Numbered from the stretch's first letter, positions 1-10,350 are shown. The stretch: DNA of 64,000 nt from an uncultured Acidilobus sp. JCHS (GCA_000495735.1 AYMD01000001.1:292377-356376); one strand, 5' to 3'. Numbers and translations are program-made. The notes: a model not told the origin generated them from the sequence alone.

Positions 1-1746
1 TATTATGTTGCCCTTGGTCTTGTCCTGGTTGAGGAGGGAAGCGCTGAGCTCAGGGCTGAGGCCCCCCTCCTCGGCAAGGAGCGCGGCCGAGACCACCTTG
101 CCCGAGCTCGTGGCCACGGCCCTTATCGAGTAGTGGGGCGCATCGGCCATGAGGGCTAGGTCGTCAGGCTCGTTCCTGTAGTGGGCCTGAACGTATATGC
201 CGAATATCTGCCTGAGGAGCCCCTCGCCCCTCTCAGAGAACAGCTCCTCGGGCGCCGTGACGACGTAGCTTAGCCTCCCCTCCCTTATGTCAACGAGGTC
301 CTGCTCCTCAAGCCTGGCTGGCTCAGCGTCCAGGAGGAGGACGTCGAACAGCCACGCCTCTATTGGGTCGTCCTCTGAGTACCTTATGGGCTCCTCCATC
401 TCGTAGGTCCTCAGCTCGGTCCTAGGGTCCCTCCTGACCTCCCCGAGGAACCTGACGCTGAACCCCCTCCCGGCGCCTTCGTAGCCGTGTACGGTTGAGG
501 CCACCAGGATCCTCCTGTGGGCCCTCCAGATCCTGTGGAGGAGCGGCACGGGCAGGCCGCTGGCCTCGTCAATTACCACGAGGTCGGCCTCCTGCTCGGG
601 CACCTCAGACGGCCTGACGTACTTGACCCTGAAGCCCTTCCCCCTGAAGCCTATTACCTCCTCGCCCTTCCTCTCCACGCTGACCTCCATCTTCAGGGCT
701 TCGAAGGCCCTGCCGGCGAGCTCCATAAGGCTCTGGGTGTTCTCTAGGTCGGGCGAGGTGACTACCACCTTGACATTCCTTCTCCTGGGCGACCCGAGCC
801 AGGCGCTTATGAGGCCGACCATGGCTATGCCGGCGGCGCAGCTCTTCCCCCTGCCCCTGTCAGCCGTTATCACAAGGAGCTTCCTGCCGTCCTCCGCAGG
901 GGGCTCTATCAGCCACTCCGCGGCCCTTATGGCGTTGACCTGGTCCTGGGTCAGCGCTAGCCTGTAGACCTCCTCGGGGAACCTCGCGTCCTTCGGTACC
1001 TCGACCCTTCTCTCCTTGGGCGGGGAGGGCCTTATGGGCTCCCCGCTTATCACCTCGTCCTTGTCCAGGTCAACTATGAAGACGTTCCTGTTGTGCTCAA
1101 GCAGCTTCCTCTTGAACCAGGCTATGAAGACGTGCCTTGGCTCCGAGTAGCCGGGGACAAGCAGGTTCCTCTTGAACTCCGTCACCCTCGTGTCCCAGGG
1201 GTCCCAGGATGGGACCTGGAGGACTATGATGCCGCCCCCCTCAACTATGCCCGTCAGTATGCCAACCCTGTTGGGCTTGAGGTCGTCTACGAGGTCAAGA
1301 ACTAGGCCCTGGAACGTGGTGCCCAGGTACCTCCTTGCGTCCTCGGCCTTGGTTATGGTGAGCTTCGTTACGTTGCACCTCTCCTTGACCGACCTCTTGA
1401 CAAGCTCCTTCCTCAGCTGGGAGCCCTCGTAGCTCTCGTTGAATGCATAGAGGACCCTTATCTGTCTCTTCCCCTTGAGCTTCCTGACGAGGGACTCGTA
1501 GGTTATCAGCACGCTGGCCGTGGCCACGCCCACCTTCACAGGGTCGTCGCTGCTCAGCACAACCATGAGCCTCCTGTTAGAAGCTATGGAGGCCTTGACC
1601 GCGTGGCGAAGCAGCCTCCTCAGCCTCAGCAGGGACTCTGGCAGCCCCTTGCCCAGCTCGTATGAGGCCTCCTCAGCCTCCCTCCTTATCCTCTCCCTCT
1701 CCTCGGGGCTCCTGCGTACTCCTCCTGGGTCCACGGGCCCTAGCAC
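1..1746 (-). CDS. tmcA: tRNA(Met) cytidine acetyltransferase TmcA/Nat10 family, 3' end runs off the window
   Basis: Manual translation of the minus strand from GTG at 1746, in a frame consistent with the window edge; not in the ORF track because no stop lies in the window. It contains ILVASTVHGYEGAGRGFSVRF and YVQAHYRNEPDDLALMADAPH, characteristic TmcA helicase-domain and DUF699 motifs. Confidence 0.9.
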   Translation of the reverse strand, partial: MLGPVDPGGVRRSPEERERIRREAEEASYELGKGLPESLLRLRRLLRHAVKASIASNRRLMVVLSSDDPVKVGVATASVLITYESLVRKLKGKRQIRVLYAFNESYEGSQLRKELVKRSVKERCNVTKLTITKAEDARRYLGTTFQGLVLDLVDDLKPNRVGILTGIVEGGGIIVLQVPSWDPWDTRVTEFKRNLLVPGYSEPRHVFIAWFKRKLLEHNRNVFIVDLDKDEVISGEPIRPSPPKERRVEVPKDARFPEEVYRLALTQDQVNAIRAAEWLIEPPAEDGRKLLVITADRGRGKSCAAGIAMVGLISAWLGSPRRRNVKVVVTSPDLENTQSLMELAGRAFEALKMEVSVERKGEEVIGFRGKGFRVKYVRPSEVPEQEADLVVIDEASGLPVPLLHRIWRAHRRILVASTVHGYEGAGRGFSVRFLGEVRRDPRTELRTYEMEEPIRYSEDDPIEAWLFDVLLLDAEPARLEEQDLVDIREGRLSYVVTAPEELFSERGEGLLRQIFGIYVQAHYRNEPDDLALMADAPHYSIRAVATSSGKVVSAALLAEEGGLSPELSASLLNQDKTKGNII

Positions 1747-1857
1747 CCGTCAGCGGCTCTGCGCTAACAGGGATCAGGGAGGCCAAGGTAATAAACGGGT
1801 TCCAGGCAGGCCTGCGCCCCTTATTACCTGATTGGGCCAGACATCAAGGGGGCCCCA

Positions 1858-2178
1858 GTGGAGTCAAGGAGCGTAAGGAGGCCAGCGCTGTGCCCGGCCT
1901 GCGGCGCCCCTGGATTCTATAACTATGAGCTTAAGGGGCCCGTGGACAGGGAAGGCAACAGGCTCCTAGAGATATCATACTCGTTTAAGTGCGAGGTCTG
2001 CGGCTACGAGGACTCGGGAGGCCTGTACATACCGCTTGACGCAGTCTACAGGATAAGGCACCTCCTGGTGCCGGAGGCCCTGGCCCTTGTCGAGAGGGTC
2101 AAGGTAATCACTGATGTAGCTCCTCTGGGCGTTAAGGCCGGAGCTGAGGCCAGCGCCACAACGGGGGAAGGTCGTTAG
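1858..2178 (+). CDS. Zn-ribbon hypothetical protein
   Basis: CPACG...CEVCG cysteine pairs in a 106-aa ORF, divergent from tmcA. Confidence 0.7.
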   Translation: MESRSVRRPALCPACGAPGFYNYELKGPVDREGNRLLEISYSFKCEVCGYEDSGGLYIPLDAVYRIRHLLVPEALALVERVKVITDVAPLGVKAGAEASATTGEGR

Positions 2179-2263
2179 TTCTGCCCTTGCGTCACTAGCT
2201 GTTACTCTGCTCCTGAGCTCTGCAGGTAAGGGGTAATGGAGATGCCTCATGACCTTAAGGGCG

Positions 2264-3100
2264 CTAGAGGTACTTCTCACATACCCTCTTCATGACAAGG
2301 GCGTCCTGCTCAAGTATGGGGCTCTCGCTGATTATGACGCCGTCTATGCCGGTCTCAACGTAGGCCTTACACACAATCTCCCAGTCCGGCCCGAAGCCCT
2401 CCTCGGCCAGGGTGTGGTGCTCCCTCTCGCCCCCCTTGCCGTACTCTATCTTTGAAAAGTGGGTGTGCAGGGGCCTGACGGCCCACGAGCCAAGCTCCTT
2501 CTCGATCTTCTCAATGATCCTTATGACCTCGTCAACGCTGTTTATGGCCGCCCCCTCGGCCCTGGCGTGGAGGTGGGCCCAGTCAACTGCCGGCCTGACC
2601 CTGTCGTGGGACTGGCATATCTTTATGACCTCGTCCACGTCCCCCACCTGGGACTCCTTGCCGGTGGTCTCAGGGGCCAGCCAGGCCACCCTGAGGTCAA
2701 GGCCCTCGAAGACCCCCTTCAGGGCCTCTACGACTCTCCCCAGGGCCTCCTCCCTGCTCGCGTTCCCCTTTATGTAGCCTGGGTGGAAGACAACGGCGTA
2801 GGCGCCCATCCACTCTGATGCCTGGGCCGCCTCCCTGAGCCTCTCAACGCTCTTCGCTACGGTGTCCTCCTCCGGGCTGGCCAGGTTTATGAAGTAGGGG
2901 GCGTGCATGCTCAGGACAACGTCGTTCTGCTGGGCTACCTCCCTTATCCTCTCGGCCTTCTCCCTGGTGACCCTGACGCCCCTGACGGCCTCGTACTCAA
3001 GGGCGTCGAGGCCCATCTGCCTCAGCAGGGGCGGGACCTCCTCGTAATCGCCGCTGAAGTTCGTCGGCTTCCCCGCTGGCCCGAACCTCAGCCTCGCCAA
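2264..3100 (-). CDS. nfo: Endonuclease IV family AP endonuclease (TIM barrel)
   Basis: SMHAPYFINLAS, VVFHPG, PETTGK, VDWAHLHA, HTHFSKIE, EREHH and IISESP metal-binding motifs of EndoIV. Confidence 0.85.
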   Translation of the reverse strand: MARLRFGPAGKPTNFSGDYEEVPPLLRQMGLDALEYEAVRGVRVTREKAERIREVAQQNDVVLSMHAPYFINLASPEEDTVAKSVERLREAAQASEWMGAYAVVFHPGYIKGNASREEALGRVVEALKGVFEGLDLRVAWLAPETTGKESQVGDVDEVIKICQSHDRVRPAVDWAHLHARAEGAAINSVDEVIRIIEKIEKELGSWAVRPLHTHFSKIEYGKGGEREHHTLAEEGFGPDWEIVCKAYVETGIDGVIISESPILEQDALVMKRVCEKYL

Positions 3101-3243
3101 GCCAGCTCCCCCTCAGGGTTTCTGGCGCCTGGAAGGTAAAAGGGGGAGCACAGGTCCTCCCGGGCTGACTGCCTCAGCGGGGCGCGTGAACAAGATGTTC
3201 AAATACTACTTAGTCCTCTATTGTATACCTGAGGGTACGCAGT

Positions 3244-5787
3244 TTGGGCAAGAGAGCTGGGAGCGGCATTGGCAGGAGGGACCACGCGGTCCTGGCAGCG
3301 TCTGTCGTCGTCCTCGTGTTGCTCCTCCTCATGGCCTACCTCACGCCCTTAGGCGTCCTGTTCAGCGCATCAAATCCCTACACAGGCGTCTACGGCTACT
3401 CCCTCAACGCGGTCGTCAGGTCTGAGACCCTTCACATAAAGGGCCTCTACAGGCCCGTCAGGGTCATAGTTGACAGGTACGGCGTCTACCACATATATGC
3501 CCAGGACCTGCACGACCTCTTCCTGGCCTTCGGCTTCATACAGGCAGAGAACAGGCTCTTCCAGCTTGACCTGGTTAGGAGGGCCGCCATAGGGAACCTT
3601 TCACCCATACTCGGCCCCTCCTACAGGTCCTACGACCTGTTCCAGCTCAAGATAGGCAACTACATAACTGCCGAGAGGGACTGGAACGAGACCCTGGAGC
3701 TGACTTCAACAGACTCCATGGCCAACATAACGGTCATGGCTCTCGAGGCCTACTCCCAGGGCGTAAACGACTACATAGAGTACGCCGAGGCCCACCACGA
3801 GCTCCCGTTTGAGTTCACGCTGTTGCGTTACACGCCGCAGCCCTGGACGCCTGTTGACTCCTTTGCCGTACAGCAGTATATGGTGGAGAGCCTGGAGTTC
3901 GGCGACGACCCCCTGATACTGTCACTGATGTACTACAAGATGGGCCAGCTTGCGAACTACCTCAACCCCCCGTTCCCGCCAATACCCCAGGTCTACTACG
4001 CCGGCTACAACGGCACGCCAAACGCCACGGTTGAGGAGGAGGCCGAGAACATATGGCCCATAAACTCGACCATAGCCCAGATGGCCTACGAGCTCTACAA
4101 GGAGTGGGACCCGCCCTTCATATCACCTCACGCAGTGGGGCACAGCAACGAGTGGGTGGTGTGCGGCAACAAGACGGCCACAGGCCGTCCAATACTTGTC
4201 GGCGGGCCGGTCCTGGGCTTCAGCCTCCCCTTCATATGGTTCGAGGCCCAGCTCGTGGCGCCGGGCTACGACGTCTTCGGCGTCTTCCTGCCGGGCGACC
4301 CCGCGCCGGTTATAGGCTTCAACCAGCACATAGCATGGACCCTGACGGACGTGCAGGCCATATCGTGGGGGATGTACTTCTTCGTGCAGACGGTCAACGG
4401 CACGGACTACTACTTCAACGGGTCCTGGCACCCGATAATACACTACTACGTGGACGGCGTCGAGCTCAACTGGACCAACTGGGGCCCGATAATGGTCCAG
4501 AACGGGAGCCTGGCCCTGGTAATGTACTGGCTGGGCAACACCTACTCCAACGACTTCGGGGTGCTCTTCTACATATCCAACGCCTCTAACTGGCAGCAGT
4601 TCTATGACGCCCTCAGGCACTGGCACGTGCCATACCAGAACTTCGCCTACGCCGACGTCTACGGCAACATAGGGGACGTGTCAGCCGGCATTTACCCCAT
4701 ATTCGCCTCCTCAGGCGGGGGCATACCGTACAGCCCTGACGCCATAATGCCAGGCGACGGGCAGGTCTACGTCAAGGGGTTCATACCATATGATGACATA
4801 CCTCACGCCTTCAACCCGCCGAGCTGCTTCATAGTGAGCTCGAACCAGAGGCAGGTTGGCCCCTCGTACCCGTACTGGTACGGGGACTCCATGAGCTTCT
4901 CGCCGGGGACCAGGGCGTGGGTCGTCTATGACTACCTCCTCTACCACAACAACATAAGCGTGCAGGACATGATGAGGCTTCAGTGGAACGAGACGGACCT
5001 GGCCGCCGCCTGGTCGATGCCGACCATAATTAGGACCCTCGAGCAGGACTCCTCTAACCCCTACGTGGCGACGGCCCTCAGCTACCTTAAGGGGTGGAAC
5101 TACACCATGAGCCCCGACTCTAAGGCCGCCACGATATGGTTCTACATCTACTCGGAGGTCTACTTCAACGTTATCTACGGCCTCTTCAACAGGACGGGCT
5201 TCTGGCCCGAGTTCAGCGCCATAAGGCCTGGCCCTGCGGGAGGCTCGTGGCCGGGAACCTTCGGGCTGGCGTCGCTCGACGAGGACGTCATACACTTGCT
5301 GATGACAGGCAACGGCACTCCCATATACAACGGGAGCGTCGACCAGCTCATAGTCAACTCGACGATAGAGGCCATGAAGCTCCTTGAGTCCTGGTTCCCC
5401 AACGGCAACTACACCTGGGCCAACTTCTACGGCTTCTACTGGCCGAGCCTGACAGGCGTCAAGGCCCTCAGCGTGGGCCCCCTGAGCGGGCTGGGCGGCG
5501 ACTACTTCACCCTCAACGACCAGAGCGGCGGGGGCGGCGGCCCGCTCCCAACCTCGCCTGGGCCAGGAGGGCAGAGCTGGACATTCATAGCGAACATGGC
5601 CAACCTAAGCGACTCCTACGGCGTCTACCCTGGCGGGCAAAGCGAGAACCCGGCGAGCCCCTACTACGACAACTACATCTTCACATGGATAAAGGGAAGG
5701 TACCTGCCCCTGCTCTTCATCGGCAGCTCTCAGGGCTTCGCGCCGTCCGAGGTGACTGCTGAGGTGAACCTCTTGCCCTCGGGGTGA
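3244..5787 (+). CDS. Membrane-anchored penicillin acylase family Ntn-hydrolase (peptidase S45)
   Basis: N-terminal hydrophobic anchor; VDRYGVYHIYA, FGFIQAENRLFQLD, nucleophile motif HSNEWV, QNFAYAD and PGGQSENP. Confidence 0.9.
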   Translation: MGKRAGSGIGRRDHAVLAASVVVLVLLLLMAYLTPLGVLFSASNPYTGVYGYSLNAVVRSETLHIKGLYRPVRVIVDRYGVYHIYAQDLHDLFLAFGFIQAENRLFQLDLVRRAAIGNLSPILGPSYRSYDLFQLKIGNYITAERDWNETLELTSTDSMANITVMALEAYSQGVNDYIEYAEAHHELPFEFTLLRYTPQPWTPVDSFAVQQYMVESLEFGDDPLILSLMYYKMGQLANYLNPPFPPIPQVYYAGYNGTPNATVEEEAENIWPINSTIAQMAYELYKEWDPPFISPHAVGHSNEWVVCGNKTATGRPILVGGPVLGFSLPFIWFEAQLVAPGYDVFGVFLPGDPAPVIGFNQHIAWTLTDVQAISWGMYFFVQTVNGTDYYFNGSWHPIIHYYVDGVELNWTNWGPIMVQNGSLALVMYWLGNTYSNDFGVLFYISNASNWQQFYDALRHWHVPYQNFAYADVYGNIGDVSAGIYPIFASSGGGIPYSPDAIMPGDGQVYVKGFIPYDDIPHAFNPPSCFIVSSNQRQVGPSYPYWYGDSMSFSPGTRAWVVYDYLLYHNNISVQDMMRLQWNETDLAAAWSMPTIIRTLEQDSSNPYVATALSYLKGWNYTMSPDSKAATIWFYIYSEVYFNVIYGLFNRTGFWPEFSAIRPGPAGGSWPGTFGLASLDEDVIHLLMTGNGTPIYNGSVDQLIVNSTIEAMKLLESWFPNGNYTWANFYGFYWPSLTGVKALSVGPLSGLGGDYFTLNDQSGGGGGPLPTSPGPGGQSWTFIANMANLSDSYGVYPGGQSENPASPYYDNYIFTWIKGRYLPLLFIGSSQGFAPSEVTAEVNLLPSG

Positions 5788-5791
5788 GAGC

Positions 5792-6151
5792 ATGAGGTAC
5801 TCCGTTAGCCTGGTCCTGGTGTTCGTGGTCACGCTTGCCCTGGCCTTCGCGCTCACGTACACTGGTCTGTGGCCCCTGACAGTGCTGGCTGGCCTCGTGG
5901 CCGCCCTGGCCTTCGCGCGGGAGTACGGCTGGTCATCACTGGCCTCCTTCCTCGGGGGCCTGACCTCCTCGGCCCTGTTCATAGAGGCCAACTACGCTGC
6001 CTCTGGCGCCCCGGCCCTCAGGGAGGCTTACCTCGCGGCCGACGTCGCGGGGGTGCCCGGGTTCACCTTCATAGCCGTCACGCTCCTGCTGACCGGCGTC
6101 TACTGTGTGATAGGAAACGTAATAGGGGTCTACATCAGGAAGCTGTTCTAG
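5792..6151 (+). CDS. Small multi-pass membrane protein, co-oriented with the acylase
   Basis: 119 aa with about 4 hydrophobic segments, starting 4 bp after the acylase stop. Confidence 0.7.
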   Translation: MRYSVSLVLVFVVTLALAFALTYTGLWPLTVLAGLVAALAFAREYGWSSLASFLGGLTSSALFIEANYAASGAPALREAYLAADVAGVPGFTFIAVTLLLTGVYCVIGNVIGVYIRKLF

Positions 6152-6318
6152 GGCCTTTTCATAGGGCCATCGGTGGTTTTTCTTAATTGGCGACAGGAAT
6201 TGCGTCGCGGCAGGCAGGAAGTGGCCTCCTAGTGGACCCATCTACGCGCTGCCTTAGAGTCCCTCGCTAGTCTATCTACAGCTTAGCGTATACCCTTAAA
6301 TGCAATTTAGATAAGTGA

Positions 6319-7770
6319 GTGAAGCGCTTGAGGGTGCTGCTGGCCCTTCCGCCCGACGTGCACAACCTCGAGATCTACAAGGTAACGGGCATGAGGGCCC
6401 CTCCCCTGGGCCTTGCCTACATAGGCACGGTCCTTGAGCAGGCGGGGCACAAGGTGAAGATCATAGACAGCCCCACGAGGAAGCTCAGGCTTGACGACTG
6501 GCTGGCTGAGGTCAAGTCCTTCTCCCCTGACGTAATAGGGGTCTCAATGATGACCCCCCTCGCGCCCAAGGGCTACCTGGCGGCCAAGGCGCTGAGGCAG
6601 GAGATGCCTGACGTGCCCCTGGTGGCGGGAGGGACCCACGTCACTTACATGTACGACGAGGCCCTGGACGCCGGCTACGACGTGGTGGTCAGGGGGGAGG
6701 GCGAGTACACCATGCTTGAGCTTGTCGACATCCTTGAGAGGAGAGGCCTTGACAGGGAGGCCCTGAAGTCCGTCAAGGGCCTCGCGTTAAGGGACCAGGG
6801 CAAGACCGTGGTGACCCCTGAGAGGCCCTTCATAGAGGACCTCGACAGGCTCCCGTGGCCCGACAGGGACCTCCTGGACATGGACAAGTACACACTGTTC
6901 GACAAGCCCATAAGGATAGCCCACGTGATGGCCAGCAGGGGCTGCCCCTACGGCTGCATGTACTGTATAACCAGCTACTACTGGGGCAGGAGGTACAGGT
7001 ACAGGTCGGCCAAGAACGTGGCTGACGAGATAGAGCACGTAGTCAACAAGTACAAGGTGAAGACCATAGTCTTCACCGACGACGAGTTCACGGCCAACTG
7101 GAGGTTCGTGAGGGAGTTCGTCAACGAGATAAGGACGAGGGGCCTCGACATAACCTTCTCCTGCGGCGCCAGGGTCGACCACGTTAACAGGGACATAATG
7201 AAGCTCCTCTACGACAACGGCTGCAACGCCCTCTACTTCGGGGTAGAGTCGGCCAGTCAGGAGACCCTGAACAGGATAGGGAAGAAGATAACGATAGAGC
7301 AGGCCAGGAGGGTGTTCCAGTGGAAGAAGGAGCTGGGGGGCTTCGCAACAGGGTCCTTCATCCTCGGCTTCCCGTGGGAGACCGTGCAGGACATGAAGGA
7401 TACCGTAAAGCTTGCAATTGAGCTCCAGCCTGACTACGCCCAGTTCACCGCCCTGACCCCCTACCCCGGCACCCCGCTATGGGACTTCGCCACCAAGCAC
7501 AACCTGATAGTTGACAGGAACTGGGAGCACTACACCACCGTGAGGCCAGTCATGAGGGGCTTCCACTTCACAGCCGAGCAGCTGGGCCACATGCTGATCT
7601 ACGCATACCGCAAGTTCTACATGAGGTGGGGCTTCATGGTCCAAGAGATAAGGGCGGGCAGGTTCGGCAACCTGGTGGAGGTCATACTCAAGGACCTCAC
7701 GTCCTTCTTCGGTGACGCCCTCGGAAGGGTGTTCGAGCCCCTGAGGTGGGGAGGAGGTGAGGAGCAATGA
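6319..7770 (+). CDS. B12-binding radical SAM protein (class B methylase-like)
   Basis: N-terminal cobalamin-binding domain (PPLGLAYIG...GGTHVT...GEGE), ASRGCPYGCMYC cluster motif, FTDDEF, GVESASQETL, FILGFPWET and TPYPGTPL. Confidence 0.9.
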   Translation: MKRLRVLLALPPDVHNLEIYKVTGMRAPPLGLAYIGTVLEQAGHKVKIIDSPTRKLRLDDWLAEVKSFSPDVIGVSMMTPLAPKGYLAAKALRQEMPDVPLVAGGTHVTYMYDEALDAGYDVVVRGEGEYTMLELVDILERRGLDREALKSVKGLALRDQGKTVVTPERPFIEDLDRLPWPDRDLLDMDKYTLFDKPIRIAHVMASRGCPYGCMYCITSYYWGRRYRYRSAKNVADEIEHVVNKYKVKTIVFTDDEFTANWRFVREFVNEIRTRGLDITFSCGARVDHVNRDIMKLLYDNGCNALYFGVESASQETLNRIGKKITIEQARRVFQWKKELGGFATGSFILGFPWETVQDMKDTVKLAIELQPDYAQFTALTPYPGTPLWDFATKHNLIVDRNWEHYTTVRPVMRGFHFTAEQLGHMLIYAYRKFYMRWGFMVQEIRAGRFGNLVEVILKDLTSFFGDALGRVFEPLRWGGGEEQ

Positions 7771-9313
7771 GTGAGGGGTTCAGCCCCGTAGTGGAGGACG
7801 TAAGCGGGGAGAAGAAGGAGAAGGGCGACATAGGTCACCTGCTCGCGGGATAAGGTTTATCTTCAACAACCCCGTGACGAAGGCCTCGCTGAGGCTGGCC
7901 ACGAGGACTGTGAGGGTGAGGTACGCTGACGGCACAGAGAAGGAGGCCCCCCTGATATACCACGCGCTGAGCGCCTTCGTGGGCGAGCAGATAGTCCAGT
8001 GCCCGCTCTCCGCCAGGTTCCTGATACCGATCATTAACAAGACCATAGAGGTGGGCATCAAGTTCCTTCACGGTGATATTGACGAAGCGAGGAAGTCCAT
8101 AAAGGATCCCACGATAAGGAGAGGCGTAGCGCTCGTCATGAGGGGCCTGGGCCTCTACGGCGTCACTGTGCCCCAGAAGATGCCTGCGCCCTTCCTGGTA
8201 GTCTGGAACTTCACAAACATGTGCAACCTGAGGTGCATACACTGCTACCAGAGGGCCGGGGCGCCGACGCCTGACGAGCTGAGTCTTGAGGAGAAGCTGA
8301 GGGTAGTGGACGAGCTGGACAGGGCAGGGGTGGCCTCAATAGCGCTGAGCGGGGGTGAGCCCACTATACACCCTCACTTTCACAGGATAGTCAAGGAGAT
8401 AGCGAGCAGGGGCATACACACGGCCGTCGCGACCAATGGCTGGGTGTTCGCAAACATAAACGAGCTCGCGAAGGCCAAGGAGGAGGGGCTCAAGTACGTT
8501 GAGGTCTCCATAGACAGCGCTGACCCAGACAAGCACGACAAGTTCAGGGGCGTCAAGGGGTCGTGGGAGAGGGCCGTCAAGGCCCTCGAGAACGCAGTCA
8601 AGCTGGGCATGGACCACGGCATGGCTGTCACGATAACCAAGCTGAACATAGGCGAGGTCAAGGAGATACTTGACCTGGCCGAGGAGATAGGAGTCAGGAG
8701 GGTCATATTCTTCAACTTCGTGCCGACCGGGAGAGGGCTTGAGAACATGTGGCTCGACCTTGACCCAGTTGAGAGGGAGAAGTTCCTGAGGGAGATCTAC
8801 ACCGAGATGAAGAGGAGGCCTGGCCTTCAGATAGTGAGCACGGCCCCTCAGTACGGCAGGGTGGCGCTCCAGGTAAGCGGGGGGCAGGAGGTGGCGCCCA
8901 CTCACTTCGCCGTCAGCGGCGACCCCATAGTAAAGGCTGTGGCGGAGTTCGTAGGGGGCTGCGGGGCGGGCAGGATATATGCGGCCATAGAGCCCAACGG
9001 GGACGTGGTGCCCTGCGTCTTCCTGCCCATCGTAGTGGGGAACCTGAGGAAGCAGAGCTTCTGGGACATCTGGACTAAGTCGAAGCTCTTCGAGGACCTG
9101 AGGGACAGGGACAAGCTCAAGGGGTTCTGCAGGGTCTGCCCGTACCGCAACATATGCGGGGGCTGCAGGGCAAGGGCCTACGGCTACTACGGCGACCCGC
9201 TGGCGCCTGACCCGGGCTGCATATACAACCTGAAGGACTGGAATGAGCTTCAGGCCAAGGCTCCTAGGGTGAGGCTGGCAGAGCAGTCCTCAGGCCAGCA
9301 GTCAAGTCCTTAG
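7767..9313 (+). CDS. Radical SAM/SPASM protein; apparent 1-nt frameshift near 7847-7850
   Basis: CNLRCIHC, SGGEP, GCGAG...PCVFL and CRVCPYRNICGGCRARA (SPASM). ATG 7767 has a GGAGGTGA SD and overlaps the upstream stop, but reads 28 codons into TAA 7851; the main ORF continues in the -1 frame (GIRFIFNNPV). Confidence 0.85.
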
Positions 9314-10350
9314 ACTATGGCAACCTCTATCTCTGTCTGCGTCAGGCCAAGCCCTATCCCGAGGAGCGCGGCCCTCAGGTTGTCAACATCTATCGTGAGC
9401 AGCAGGAGCGCCGCAGCTATCAGCGCCGGCGAGTAGGGGTAGCCCTCAAAGGCTGCCATAGCTGACCTCATGGCCGCGACCCTAGCGGACCTCCTGACCG
9501 AGCTCATGACGTCCCTAAGACTCCTGCCCTCCACCTTCACACGCCTCACCATTTTCGACAACTCAGTGACGAGAGAGGCTATGTCCTCGCTCAGGTTCCT
9601 CTCATAGGCCTCCGCCAGCGAGGCCCACCGAACGCCGCAGAGGGGCCTCTGGGGCAGCGCCCTGGCGAAGGTCCTCGGGTTGACCCTGAGCGCCCAGGCC
9701 TGGAAGGCCGCCAGCGAGGCCCACCCCTCGACCAGGGGGCAGAGGACCTTCTCGGCGTCAGTCCTGTCCTGACCGCCTATGGGCTCAAGGGCCCTCTGGA
9801 TCGCTGCGAGCCTGGCCGAGAGCGAGTACCAGGTGAAGGCCTCGGGGAACTTGATATCAGAGAACGCCTCAAGGGCCCCAGCCATAGTCTTCCTCAGGGG
9901 GCCGCTCTTCAGGAGGTCGGGCAGCCTCGTCAATGAGGGTGAGGCCTCCAGCTCGGGCATCACGTCCCTGATTGAGGACCTGCTCCACTCAAGGGAGGGT
10001 AGCCAGGCGGGGGGACGCAGGCCCTCCGCGAGGGCCCTGGCCAGCGTCATGAGGTCCTCTACCTCCTTCACCTCAGCGAAGGCCCTCACGAGCTCCTTGG
10101 CCTCGTCGGGCGCGAGGCCCTCTAGCTCATCTATTACGCTGAAGTACTGCTGGGCCAGCCTCCTCTCGACGAGCCTCAGCTCCTTGGCCTCGGCGATCCC
10201 TGAGTACATGGTGTCCCTGAGCGAGGCCAGGGCCTCAGCCAGGGGAGGGGAGAGGTCCTTTACCCTTGGGCCCAGGAGGCCCGCCTTCAGGAGCCTGAGC
10301 CTTGGGACGATCTGAGCGTAGGCAGACGGGGACCCCAAGGCCTCAGCCAC
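9310..10350 (-). CDS. A/V-type ATP synthase subunit C (AhaC/NtpC)-like
   Basis: 346 aa, helical; N-terminal YAQIVPRLRLLKAGLL resembles the YAYxxARIRAMKxxLL start of subunit C; C-terminal DVDNLR; adjacent to a subunit H-like ORF. Confidence 0.65.
   Translation of the reverse strand: MAEALGSPSAYAQIVPRLRLLKAGLLGPRVKDLSPPLAEALASLRDTMYSGIAEAKELRLVERRLAQQYFSVIDELEGLAPDEAKELVRAFAEVKEVEDLMTLARALAEGLRPPAWLPSLEWSRSSIRDVMPELEASPSLTRLPDLLKSGPLRKTMAGALEAFSDIKFPEAFTWYSLSARLAAIQRALEPIGGQDRTDAEKVLCPLVEGWASLAAFQAWALRVNPRTFARALPQRPLCGVRWASLAEAYERNLSEDIASLVTELSKMVRRVKVEGRSLRDVMSSVRRSARVAAMRSAMAAFEGYPYSPALIAAALLLLTIDVDNLRAALLGIGLGLTQTEIEVAIV

Noticed and set aside
6319-7770. GDGT ring synthase (Grs) or RiPP methylase assignment
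   Set aside because: The N-terminus does not resemble Grs as I recall it and no precursor peptide is adjacent; left as a generic class B radical SAM with a Gmm hypothesis
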